DNA of 64,000 nucleotides, from the NCBI GenBank assembly GCA_963724295.1, contig CAVRUC010000010.1, forward strand, positions 90,304 through 154,303. Direction: 5' to 3'. The DNA is from an uncultured Chloroflexia bacterium (GTDB lineage Bacteria; Chloroflexota; Chloroflexia; Thermomicrobiales; UBA6265). A program made the translations under genes and the position numbers. This document shows, piece by piece, positions 17,192-26,286 of the stretch. Within the stretch, counting starts at the first letter, position 1, and each line of letters starts with the position of its first letter. The notes beneath the pieces were generated by a model. The model worked only from the letters and a program-made list of their open reading frames with translations, made no database searches and was not told the DNA's origin.

Positions 17192-20094
17192 TTGGCGACC
17201 TCCGACAACGGCGCCTGCCAGCGCGAGCGCAGCGCGTCGATATGCGCGTCGATTGCCGCTCCGCCGTCTCCCAGGACTTGAAGTCGAGGCGAGTCGAGCA
17301 CCCGTCCGATCCTCGCGTGTGGTATCCGCCCCAGCAGTGTCTCCAGCGCCGGAGCATCGGCCGGGGTGACCTCGATGAGGAACCGGGTCGGTGACTCGGC
17401 AAAGAGTCTCGTGCTGGCGGCGAGTCCGGGTTCGGCCACCGGGACATCTCGCACGTCGATTTCCAACCCATGGCCGCCCGCAATCGCCATCTCAGCCGCG
17501 GCGACCGCAAGTCCGCCTTCGCTCAGGTCATGACAGGCCTGGATGAGCCCCTTGCGATTGGCACGGTAGATCGCACTGAAGACGCGCCGCGCGGAGGAGA
17601 GATGCACGACCGGCGCTCTGCCTTCCTGTTGGCCGATCAGGCGCTGCGCGAGGGAGCCGCCGAGATCATCACCGGTGAGTCCGACGAGGTAGACAAGGTT
17701 CCCAGGTCGTTTGAGATACATCGACGAGACGCGGCGCGTATCGGGCACGATGCCGATGGCGGAGATGAGGAGCGTCCCGGGGATTGGCCGAGAGCTTCCG
17801 TCCGCCAGCCGGTACTCGTTGAAGAGGGAGTCCTTCCCCGAGATGAACGGCAGGCGGAGGGCTATCGCGGCATCGTGACACCCCTGTGCGGCCCGCACGA
17901 GACCGCCGAGGCGATCGGGCAGATTCGGGTTGCCCCAGCAGAAGTTGTCGAGGATGGCCGTCCGCGCCGGATCCGCTCCGACGGCGACGACGTTGCGCAG
18001 CGCCTCGTCGACGGCGAGCAGCGCCATCGCGTAGGGATCGATCTCGCCATACCAGGGATTGATGCCGCAGCCGACAGCCACCCCACGCCACGAGCGCGCC
18101 ACCGGTCGCAGCACCGCGGCATCGGCAGGACCGATGTCTTCAGGCCCGACGAACGGTTTGCCGACGGTTCGGCCCTGCACCTCATGGTCGTACTGGCGGA
18201 CGATCGGCTCTTTGGAAGCGACATTGGCCTCGGCCAGGGCTCGCTCCAGCAACTCGCCCGGGTCGATTCCGGTCGGGAGCCCCGGTGACGGTTCGACGAA
18301 CCGCGGCGCCCAGAAGCTCTCCAGTTCACGCGACGGCATGCCATCGTGGAGGAACGCGCAATCGAGATCGGCGACCACGACGCCGTCGTAGCGGACCCGC
18401 AGCCGGCCGTCGCCCGTGAAGCGACCGATCGCCGTGGCCTCGACACCTTCGCCGGCAAAGATCTCCCGCAACGCTGGCCAGCTCTCGGGCGGCACCGCGA
18501 GCACCATTCGCTCCTGAGATTCGGAGAGCCAGATCTCCCACGGTCTCAGACCGTCGTACTTGAGGGGGACACACGCCAGCTCGACGTCGGCCCCCAGCTC
18601 GCTCGCCATCTCACCGACCGCCGACGAGAGCCCGCCCGCCCCGCAATCGGTGATCGCGCTGTAGAGCCCGAGATCCCGCGCGCGCGGCAAGGCGTCGGCC
18701 AGGCGCTTTTCGACGATGGGATCGCCAATCTGGACGACACTGCCAAGCTCCGCGTGACTGGCCCCCAGCACGTCGGACGAGAACGTCGCGCCGTGGATGC
18801 CATCACGCCCGGCGCGCCCCCCCGCGACGACAATCAGGTCCCCAGCTCGCGGCTGCGTGGGGCGGCGACCGCGCGGCGCCAGACCGACCGTGCCACAGAA
18901 GACGAGCGGATTCGCCACGTAGCCCTGGTCGAACAAGGTCGCGCCGTTGACGGTCGGGATACCCATCTTGTTGCCGTAGTCGGCGATGCCAGCCACTACA
19001 CCCGCGTAGACGCGCTCCGGTGGCAGGGTTCCCGGAGGGAGTGTGTCAGCCGGTGTATCGAGCGGGCCGAAACAAAGGACATCGGTGTTGGCGATCGGCT
19101 CGGCTGAGACCCCGAGCACGTCGCGCACTACCCCACCCACCCCGGTATTCGCGCCGCCGAACGGCTCCAGGGCGCTGGGATGATTGTGGGTCTCGACCTT
19201 GAAGGAGATCTCGTGGTCGCGATCGAAGGCGATGACACCGGCATTGTCGCGAAACGCCGAGAGCACCCAGGACCGGTTCACTTCGTCGGTGGCCGCCATG
19301 ATCGTACTCTTCAGGAGACCGGGGATCTGGAGCTCCCGCACGCCTGGCTCGCGGTGCCGGATCGTCGCCTTGAATGTCCGGTGCGCGCAGTGCTCCGACC
19401 AGGTCTGGGCGATCATCTCCAACTCGACGTCAGTCGGGTCGCGCTTCTGCGTCGCATAGTGGTCGCGCACAGCCTCCAGATCCTGCAACGGGAGGGAGAG
19501 CAGCTTCCGCGCGCCGAGGTCCTGGAGCGCGGCGGCATCGAGTCCTCGTAATGGGATCGTCTCGACCGTGGGATCGGGTGACGCATCCGGCATGAAGGCC
19601 CCGCTCCACCAGTCGAGGTCGGCCGGACACGACGCGGGTCGCCAGGCCACGCTCTCGACCACGGCGTGCGCGAGCCGGCGTGCCGCGGCAGCGACAGCGG
19701 CCGGCTCGACAACGCCGTAGAGGTGATAGCGGTGCCCGGCTCTGGCGCGCAGTTCCGGAAATCCATCACGGGCGAGCGCCTCGGCCAGACTATCGCCCTC
19801 GGCGTCGGTCACTCCAGGGTGAGGGAGAATCTCGATCAGCCAGTGGTATTCATCATCTGGATGTGGAAAAGAGACGCCTCTGGGTTCGGCGATTACCGGG
19901 TCGACGCAGAGATCGCGCACAACCGCGTGCAGTCGTGGAGATTGCGGACCGGCGACGAGGTAGAGGCGGCCATGGGTCACACCGGCTGGGTGCGTCCCGA
20001 GGTCGCACAGGATCTGCCGGAGTACGCGGGCGTGAGGATCGACGTCCTGGTCCTGGGGAACGACCTCAAGCGCCCAGACCGCGTCCGCAGACAT
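17188..20094 (-). CDS. purL: FGAM synthase subunit PurL with N-terminal tandem PurS-like domains (PurS-PurS-PurL)
   Basis: At 968 aa it is longer than the ~740 aa of a small PurL. The first ~225 aa contain two PurS-like halves (..GVTDAEGDSLAEALARDGFPELRARAGHRYHL..). The remainder is typical PurL (ETHNHPSALEPFGGA). An ATGA overlap links it to purQ. Confidence 0.9.
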   Translation of the reverse strand: MSADAVWALEVVPQDQDVDPHARVLRQILCDLGTHPAGVTHGRLYLVAGPQSPRLHAVVRDLCVDPVIAEPRGVSFPHPDDEYHWLIEILPHPGVTDAEGDSLAEALARDGFPELRARAGHRYHLYGVVEPAAVAAAARRLAHAVVESVAWRPASCPADLDWWSGAFMPDASPDPTVETIPLRGLDAAALQDLGARKLLSLPLQDLEAVRDHYATQKRDPTDVELEMIAQTWSEHCAHRTFKATIRHREPGVRELQIPGLLKSTIMAATDEVNRSWVLSAFRDNAGVIAFDRDHEISFKVETHNHPSALEPFGGANTGVGGVVRDVLGVSAEPIANTDVLCFGPLDTPADTLPPGTLPPERVYAGVVAGIADYGNKMGIPTVNGATLFDQGYVANPLVFCGTVGLAPRGRRPTQPRAGDLIVVAGGRAGRDGIHGATFSSDVLGASHAELGSVVQIGDPIVEKRLADALPRARDLGLYSAITDCGAGGLSSAVGEMASELGADVELACVPLKYDGLRPWEIWLSESQERMVLAVPPESWPALREIFAGEGVEATAIGRFTGDGRLRVRYDGVVVADLDCAFLHDGMPSRELESFWAPRFVEPSPGLPTGIDPGELLERALAEANVASKEPIVRQYDHEVQGRTVGKPFVGPEDIGPADAAVLRPVARSWRGVAVGCGINPWYGEIDPYAMALLAVDEALRNVVAVGADPARTAILDNFCWGNPNLPDRLGGLVRAAQGCHDAAIALRLPFISGKDSLFNEYRLADGSSRPIPGTLLISAIGIVPDTRRVSSMYLKRPGNLVYLVGLTGDDLGGSLAQRLIGQQEGRAPVVHLSSARRVFSAIYRANRKGLIQACHDLSEGGLAVAAAEMAIAGGHGLEIDVRDVPVAEPGLAASTRLFAESPTRFLIEVTPADAPALETLLGRIPHARIGRVLDSPRLQVLGDGGAAIDAHIDALRSRWQAPLSEVAK

Positions 20095-20366
20095 GTCCCC
20101 CCTTGTAATCGGGGCCGCTGCGCGGGGCCACCGGATCCACGCGGCAAGCGACCGCGAGGCGAGTGACTGGCGGACCGTTCACTCCTGGAATCGGTCACCC
20201 GGTGTCGCCACCCAGCCTAGCGGAGATCGTACGTACAGTGCAAGGCTCAGCGGTCCATTCCCACTCAATGTAGGACTCTCGGCGGGGCAACGAGCAGAGT
20301 CGGGCCATCCCGGCGTGGGGAACAGATCCAACCGACGGTGCGGCGATTCACCGTTGAGGATTCAGC

Positions 20367-21374
20367 CTACCGGAACGCCTCTATGAGGGCGCGGATCTCC
20401 TGAGGACGGGTTCCGCAGCAGCCGCCGATGATCTGGAACCCTTCCTCCCTCCACCTGCGAGCGTGGGTGACAAACGCATCGGTCCCCGGTACGGTCGACC
20501 AGTCCCACTCGTAGCGCAGGTACGTCCCCCAATTCGGGTACGCGCCGAGCGGGAGGGCGGTGTACTGCCGCAGCCAGGACGCGACGCCATGGACGAGGTC
20601 CGGGGGCAGGCAATTGACGAGGACGGCGCTGGCGCCCATCTCCTCGAAGCGGTGGGCAGCGCGACCGAAGCGGTCGCCATCGTCAAGAATGGTCTCCCCG
20701 TCGACCCCAACGATCTTGCCGACCGTGCGCCGGTAGGAGATCCAGAGGGGAATCCCCGTATCGAGGAAGAGCTGGTAGTCGGGAAACTCGAGATCCTCCG
20801 GGATCTCCTTCTGAATCTCCATCAGGACCACGTCGGGGGTGTGCTCGGCGTCGGCGGTGGCAAGAACCTCGGCCAGGGGTTTCAGATACCGCTCGAGGTC
20901 GAGCGGCACATAGGTCCCAACGTAGTCGCGCGCTTCCTCTTGCTGCGCGGGCGGCCAGTCCTGCGTCCGACACGCGAAGGCGACGATGGCGTCACTGCGG
21001 CCGGCTAGGGCAGCGCCTTCACGCACGAGGCGGACGGAATCGAGCGCCATCCGTTTCCACTCGTCCTGCGGCAGGTCAAGGCGGCCGTCCGCAATTGCCG
21101 CGAAGATGCGATTGAGGGCGAAGGTGTGGGTTTCCAGGACATCGGCCCCGGTGGCCGCGTACCGGCGGTGGACCTCGACGAGCTTCTCCGGCGCCTCGCG
21201 AATGGCCAGCGAACCCCACGTGTAGTTGTTCGGGCGGTCGGCCACCTGCTCCGGATAGCCGACCTGTTGCAGCTCAGAGCCAATGCCGCCGTCGAGGACG
21301 ACTACCCCACCGGCCCGCAATCGTTCGTCAACCCGGCGATAGGCCGCGGTCATGGCGCTCGTGGCCGCCTGCAT
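20367..21374 (-). CDS. homocysteine S-methyltransferase family protein
   Basis: LDGGIGSEL N-terminus, Zn-ligand pattern VNC ... GGCCGT, and overall S-methyl_trans-like sequence. Confidence 0.85.
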   Translation of the reverse strand: MQAATSAMTAAYRRVDERLRAGGVVVLDGGIGSELQQVGYPEQVADRPNNYTWGSLAIREAPEKLVEVHRRYAATGADVLETHTFALNRIFAAIADGRLDLPQDEWKRMALDSVRLVREGAALAGRSDAIVAFACRTQDWPPAQQEEARDYVGTYVPLDLERYLKPLAEVLATADAEHTPDVVLMEIQKEIPEDLEFPDYQLFLDTGIPLWISYRRTVGKIVGVDGETILDDGDRFGRAAHRFEEMGASAVLVNCLPPDLVHGVASWLRQYTALPLGAYPNWGTYLRYEWDWSTVPGTDAFVTHARRWREEGFQIIGGCCGTRPQEIRALIEAFR

Positions 21375-21521
21375 GGCACATCCCTTCTCGACGGCGATCC
21401 GCGTTTCACGCCAGAGCCAGCGTCCCAGCGAGCGCCCATGGTATCAGGCCTGTCATTCCCGCAGGTTGAAAGCACTGGCGAGTCCTCGGTGACGGTTTCC
21501 CGGCCTTGCCGATGAAGGGGA

Positions 21522-22286
21522 TCACGGCATGAAGAGACCGCCGTCGACGGTGAGGGTATGTCCGGTGATGAAGCCGGCGTCCGGGCCAATCAGAAACGCG
21601 ACCGCGCCGGCGACATCCTCCGGGGTGCCGAATCTGTTCAGCGGCGTCCGCTCCAGGATCGTCGCTTTGGTGTCATCGGGGAGACCAGCCGTCATGCGCG
21701 TGTCGATGAACCCGGGGGCGATGGCGTTGACCGTGATGCCGCGCGAGCCGACCTCTTTGGCCAGCGACTTGGTGAACCCGATCAGGCCGGCTTTTGCCGC
21801 CGCGTAGTTCGCCTGTCCGGCATTGCCGACCTGCCCGACGACGGAGGAGATGTTGACGATGCGACCAGATCGCTGCCGCAGCATCGGCCGGATCGCCGCC
21901 TTGGAGGTCAGAAACGCCCCTTTGAGGTTGGTCGTGAGGACGTCGTCCCAATCCTCGTCGTTCATGCGCATGAGCAGCGTGTCACGGGTGATACCCGCGT
22001 TGTTGACCAGCACGTCGAGACGGCCCAGCTGCTGCATCGCCGCTTCGATGGCCGCCCCCGCGCCGTCGGCAGTCGAGATATCGGCCGCGATAGCCTCCAC
22101 CTGACGATCGCTACCGGACAACTCGCTCTTCGCCGCCTCGGCCGCCTCTGCATCACCCTTGTAGGTGAGCAACACGTCATAGCCGTCCGCGACGAGCCGC
22201 CTGGCGACGGCCAGACCGATCCCGCGCGTGCCACCGGTGATGACCGCCACTCCCGCTCGCTGGTCTCCGCTCGCCTCGCCCATCAT
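21522..22286 (-). CDS. fabG: 3-oxoacyl-ACP reductase
   Basis: TGGTRGIG cofactor motif and NISSVVG..YAAAK catalytic pattern. It lies next to fabD and fabH. Confidence 0.9.
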   Translation of the reverse strand: MMGEASGDQRAGVAVITGGTRGIGLAVARRLVADGYDVLLTYKGDAEAAEAAKSELSGSDRQVEAIAADISTADGAGAAIEAAMQQLGRLDVLVNNAGITRDTLLMRMNDEDWDDVLTTNLKGAFLTSKAAIRPMLRQRSGRIVNISSVVGQVGNAGQANYAAAKAGLIGFTKSLAKEVGSRGITVNAIAPGFIDTRMTAGLPDDTKATILERTPLNRFGTPEDVAGAVAFLIGPDAGFITGHTLTVDGGLFMP

Positions 22287-22356
22287 TCGAATCTCCTCTT
22301 TCGCGCTCCAGTTTCGTACGTCGATGGACGTCAGGAGGGCCCGGAGACCGACGGCC

Positions 22357-22476
22357 GTAGGGGCGACGCCCGCGTCGCCCGCGGTCCCGACCGGCTGGTA
22401 GCCGGATGTGGAACATGTCGCTACAACGCTAACGTACCTGGCGAATCGACACGGGCGACGCAGGCGTCGCCCCTAC
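22357..22476. repeat. pair of REP-like palindromes in inverted orientation (GTAGGGGCGACGCccGCGTCGCCC ... GGGCGACGCagGCGTCGCCCCTAC)
   Basis: Read directly from the sequence: 22357-22380 and 22453-22476. A third copy identical to the second lies at 32120-32143. Confidence 0.7.
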
Positions 22477-22518
22477 AAGCGTTGTACTCGGACACGCCGC
22501 CGTCCCCTCAGCATCGAC

Positions 22519-23442
22519 TCACGCGGGCGTGGCCGCGTCCGCCACTATGCGCTCGGCGGTGAAGACCGTCACCTCGGGAGTGCAGCGGCCGATCAGACCG
22601 GCCAGCACCTGTCCCGGCCCAATTTCATAGAACGTCGTCACTCCGGCGCCAACGAGCGCGTCCACGACGTCGACCCAACGCACCGACCCGCAGATCTGAT
22701 CGACCAGCTCATGCCGGAGATCGGCGGGCTCGCGCAGGAATCTCGCGTCAACGTCGGCCACAAGGGGCACCCGGCCGACCTGCATCGTGGTCTGGTCGAT
22801 CAAGGGGCGCATCGCCTCCGCCACCGGCGCCATCAGCGTCGAGTGGAAAGCGCCGCTGACCGGGAGCAGCAAGGCCCGTTTCGCGCCGCGCTCCCTGGCC
22901 AAGGCGACGGCTCGCTCCACCGCCTCCACTCTGCCGGAGACCGTCGTCTGAACGGGCGTGTTGAAGTTGGCCACTTCGACTCCCGCGTCCCGGGCGATCG
23001 CGGCGACGTCCCCGGCCGCCAACCCCAGGATCGCGGCCATGGCCCCGGCGCCGTGCTCCTGCATCAGCTCGCCACGGCGGCGGACTAACCGCAAGGCATC
23101 CTTAAAGTCGAGCGACCCGGCGGCAACCATCGCAGCGTATTCACCGAGGCTGTGACCCGCGACGTAGCCGGCGTCAGGCAACAAACCGCGATTGCGCAGC
23201 ACATGTAGATAGGCAATGCTGGTCAGCAGGATGGCGGGCTGCTGGACTGGTGTCTCCTGGAGTGCCGCTTCCGGGCCGTTGAAGATGATGTCGCTGAGAG
23301 CGAAACCGAGCGTGTCGTCAGCCGCGGCGTAGAGCGTGGTTAGCTCCGGATCCAACTGAATCAGCTCGCGGCCCATGCCGACCCGCTGTGAACCCTGACC
23401 AGGGAATACCCAGGCCACCTTTTCCTGATTCGGATCAGCCAC
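22519..23442 (-). CDS. fabD: malonyl CoA-ACP transacylase
   Basis: VFPGQGSQ and GHSLGEY motifs. GTG start at 23442 is chosen to give about 307 aa; the longer ORF overlaps fabH. Confidence 0.9.
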   Translation of the reverse strand: MADPNQEKVAWVFPGQGSQRVGMGRELIQLDPELTTLYAAADDTLGFALSDIIFNGPEAALQETPVQQPAILLTSIAYLHVLRNRGLLPDAGYVAGHSLGEYAAMVAAGSLDFKDALRLVRRRGELMQEHGAGAMAAILGLAAGDVAAIARDAGVEVANFNTPVQTTVSGRVEAVERAVALARERGAKRALLLPVSGAFHSTLMAPVAEAMRPLIDQTTMQVGRVPLVADVDARFLREPADLRHELVDQICGSVRWVDVVDALVGAGVTTFYEIGPGQVLAGLIGRCTPEVTVFTAERIVADAATPA

Positions 23443-24541
23443 CGGCGAGCGTCGTGGCTGCCTGTGATTCGGAATCGGACGCCTGGGCCACGGGAACGTG
23501 CCTGGATTCGACACCGACCTTCGCGGACTTGCGACACTCCGCATCGCGACAGACGCCGGCCGTTCCCCAACGCACCATGCCGGCCGCCCAGGCCAAACCG
23601 CCGCCGAAGGCCACGAGGACCACGTTGTTCCCCTCCTCCAGCTTCCCGGCCTCCGCGGCTTCGAACAGCGCAATCGGGATCGAGGCTGCCGAGGTGTTGC
23701 CGTAGCGGTCGAGATTGACCCAGACCTTTTCTCGCGGCAGGGCAAGACGGCGCGCGGCGGCGTCGATAATGCGCATATTGGCCTGATGCGGGATCATCAT
23801 GTCGACGTCGTCGAAGGTCAAATTCGCCTTTTCTACCGCTTCCACGGCGGCATCGCCCATGACCCGCACCGCGAAGCGAAAGACCTCCTGCCCGTTCATG
23901 TGCAGGTATGGCCGGTACTCGGGAAAGAGCTCGGCGGACTCCGGAACGAAGGCCCCCCAGCCGGGGATGTAAAGGTGCTTGTACCCGGCGCCGTCCGCGC
24001 CGAGGACCGTCGAGAGCAGACCGCGCGGCTCGTCGGTGGCCTCCAGCACGACCGCCCCCGCGCCGTCACCAAAGAGGATGCAGGTCGAGCGATCGGTGTA
24101 ATCGACAAAGCGGGTCAGGGTGTCGACGCCGATGACCATGACCCGGTCGTGCAGACCGGTCTGCACGAACTGCGAGCCAACGGCCAGCGCGTAGACGAAC
24201 CCGGAACAGGCCGCGCCGAGATCGAAGGCTCCTGCGGTACCGCCCAGCTCAGCCTGGACGAGACAGGCCTGTGAGACCAGGAACTGATCGGGGGTGCAGG
24301 TGGCGACCACGATGAGGTCGATATCGTCGGCGGTGAGCCCGGCGGTTTCGAGCGCCTGACGGGCCGCGGTGACGGACAGCGAGGTGGTGCTGTCCTCCGG
24401 ACCGACGATGCGCCGCTCCTTGATGCCGGTGCGGCTGGTGATCCACTCGTCCGAGGTTTCGACCATCCGCTCCAGATCGGCGTTGGTCAGCACCCGCTCC
24501 GGGACAGCCATGCCCCAGCCGGTGATCGCCGCGTTGCGCAT
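23435..24541 (-). CDS. fabH: 3-oxoacyl-ACP synthase III, with ~45-aa C-terminal tail beyond the usual ..VRW end
   Basis: AITGWGMAVPERVLTN, active-site ACSGF, and HQAN / GNTSAAS motifs. Start is placed at MRNAAITG. Confidence 0.9.
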   Translation of the reverse strand: MRNAAITGWGMAVPERVLTNADLERMVETSDEWITSRTGIKERRIVGPEDSTTSLSVTAARQALETAGLTADDIDLIVVATCTPDQFLVSQACLVQAELGGTAGAFDLGAACSGFVYALAVGSQFVQTGLHDRVMVIGVDTLTRFVDYTDRSTCILFGDGAGAVVLEATDEPRGLLSTVLGADGAGYKHLYIPGWGAFVPESAELFPEYRPYLHMNGQEVFRFAVRVMGDAAVEAVEKANLTFDDVDMMIPHQANMRIIDAAARRLALPREKVWVNLDRYGNTSAASIPIALFEAAEAGKLEEGNNVVLVAFGGGLAWAAGMVRWGTAGVCRDAECRKSAKVGVESRHVPVAQASDSESQAATTLAGG

Positions 24542-24779
24542 GGTCGTTCCTCGTGTCACCGGTCTCGGCGGGAGAGATTCCATCACCGGCGCCCCCATGC
24601 AGGTGTGTGCGCTGCCAGCAGGATGCCGGAGTGTGACTCGAAACGGTCACGTCGTGCAATCTGCCCTGCTCGCATGCCGGGATCCGAAAAGAGTGAAGGG
24701 CAGGCGCTGCGGCCTACCCTCCCAACCCTGGCACGTGCACGCTCCCGTTCAGCCAACGCGGAGCCTGACCGGCCCGGGA

Positions 24780-24983
24780 TTATTCGGCACGCCGCCGGCG
24801 CTCCTCGATGACGATCACCTGACGGCCACGGTAGTACCCACACGTCGGGCAGACGTGATGCACCACGTGCTGCTCGCCGCAGGTATTGCACGCCACCAGC
24901 ACCGGTACGTTCTTGAGGAAATCATGGCGCCGCCGATTACCCTGCCGGTGGCGGGTGACGCGCTGCTTTGGAAGTGCTCCCAT
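24780..24983 (-). CDS. rpmF: 50S ribosomal protein L32
   Basis: PKQRVTRHRQGNRRRH N-terminus and CxxC..CxxC zinc ribbon. Confidence 0.95.
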   Translation of the reverse strand: MGALPKQRVTRHRQGNRRRHDFLKNVPVLVACNTCGEQHVVHHVCPTCGYYRGRQVIVIEERRRRAE

Positions 24984-25034
24984 TATCGCTCTCCTACGCT
25001 CAATTCTGGCGCTGGCCTCTCACCCGGGCCACGC

Positions 25035-25649
25035 TCATTGCCGCTCTCTCTCGGTCACCTGGTCATCGGGAAGCAAGCTCGCCAATGCCGCCAGGCGTTC
25101 ATCAACAGGTTCATCGCCGGCATCATCTTCGCCGCCGACCTCGAGCAGATCCGGCCCCGGGCAGTCCGCGCCACAATCCGGACGCATCGGGAGAGCTACC
25201 AGGATCTCCTGCCGCAACGGCTCCCGCAGATCGAGCTCGTGATTCTCGTCGATACGCGAGATGAGATCCTCATCCGCCGGCTCGCCGCCGAGGCCGAATC
25301 CGGTGTGCACATCGACAGTCTGCCGGTATTCCTCGTCGAACTCGACCTCGAATGGCTGATCGTACTCTCGCAGGCAACGAGCGCAGATCATCGGCGCGAC
25401 ACCCGCGGCAGAGACGCGCGCGATTATTGCGTCGCGCAATCTGGTCAGGCGGACATCGCCGTCGATGTCGCGGACGATGATTTCATCATCCGCCTCGAAG
25501 GTGTCGAGCAGGAGGTGATACGACCGGGTGGCGCCTGTTTGCCCTTTGAGCAGGCCTACGACGTTGACCGCGGTGTCGTTCCGCAATTCCCGCTGCTGAC
25601 CGCCGTCGGTCGCCATTACCGGAGTGTTCCTACCAGCCAACAGACACAC
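25035..25649 (-). CDS. yceD: DUF177 / YceD-family protein
   Basis: CARCL motif and acidic C-terminus. It holds the conserved position immediately upstream of rpmF. Start is uncertain. Confidence 0.8.
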   Translation of the reverse strand: MCLLAGRNTPVMATDGGQQRELRNDTAVNVVGLLKGQTGATRSYHLLLDTFEADDEIIVRDIDGDVRLTRLRDAIIARVSAAGVAPMICARCLREYDQPFEVEFDEEYRQTVDVHTGFGLGGEPADEDLISRIDENHELDLREPLRQEILVALPMRPDCGADCPGPDLLEVGGEDDAGDEPVDERLAALASLLPDDQVTERERQ

Positions 25650-25729
25650 AAAGCTGCACCGGCTGCATGCGCCGGCACAACCGGAGCAGTCTACTCCGCC
25701 GGGATTCTGGCGTCAATTCAGGGAATTGC

Positions 25730-26260
25730 CTATTTACCCACGTGCCGCTTGGCCTGCTCCAGGTTCGTCGATGCCTCGCGCAAGGCGTCCATGACGAGCG
25801 TCAATCCGTCCTGGACCGCTTCTTCGACGCGGCCAATCTGCTGCAGCGCGTACTCGTCGATCTGGCCGATCGAGCGCCGCTGCTCCATCTCCACCTGCCG
25901 CAGGTACTCCTCGCCGCGCTGCCGCGCCTCGTTCATCATGCCTTGCTCCGAGATGATGTACTCGGCCTGGGTTCGGGCATGGTCGAGAATCTTGGCAGCC
26001 TCATGCTGGGCGGAAGTGATGATGTCGGCGCGTTCCTCGACCACGCGCTGGGCGTGCCGGATCTCGCGCGGCACCGCGGCCCGAATCTGATCCAGAAGGC
26101 CGAGAAACTCTTCTTCCTCGACCATCACCCGGGTGCTGAACGGCATCCGCCGTCCGACACCGACCAGCTCCTCGAGCCGATCGAGCAAGGCGAGGACGTC
26201 GTCCGGGTCTTCCTCGGTAACGTCAGGTTCCAACAGGTCTGGCGGTGTTTCGTCGGTCAT
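25730..26260 (-). CDS. hypothetical acidic coiled-coil protein (ATPase b/E-subunit-like heptads)
   Basis: Start is placed at MTDETPP, Met57 of ORF 25730..26428, because the upstream part overlaps coaD. Composition is protein-like. No catalytic motif recognised. Confidence 0.55.
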   Translation of the reverse strand: MTDETPPDLLEPDVTEEDPDDVLALLDRLEELVGVGRRMPFSTRVMVEEEEFLGLLDQIRAAVPREIRHAQRVVEERADIITSAQHEAAKILDHARTQAEYIISEQGMMNEARQRGEEYLRQVEMEQRRSIGQIDEYALQQIGRVEEAVQDGLTLVMDALREASTNLEQAKRHVGK

Positions 26261-26286
26261 GGTCCGCCGCTCCAGTCGTAGTGGCC

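Noticed and set aside
20161-20220. ZTP (pfl) riboswitch-like string GTGACTGGCGGAC on the plus strand next to the purine operon
   Set aside because: It lies on the strand opposite to purSL, with no downstream plus-strand gene. The 3' CCGCCUGGGC pseudoknot partner is also missing. It is probably a chance resemblance within the leader hairpin.
23435-23575. 45-residue C-terminal tail of FabH (GTAGVCRDAECRKSAKVG..) as a novel domain or a frameshift
   Set aside because: No alternative frame gives a better FabH ending, and the high GC content removes stops in all frames. I cannot distinguish a real tail from a mutated stop codon, so it is left as a note on the feature.
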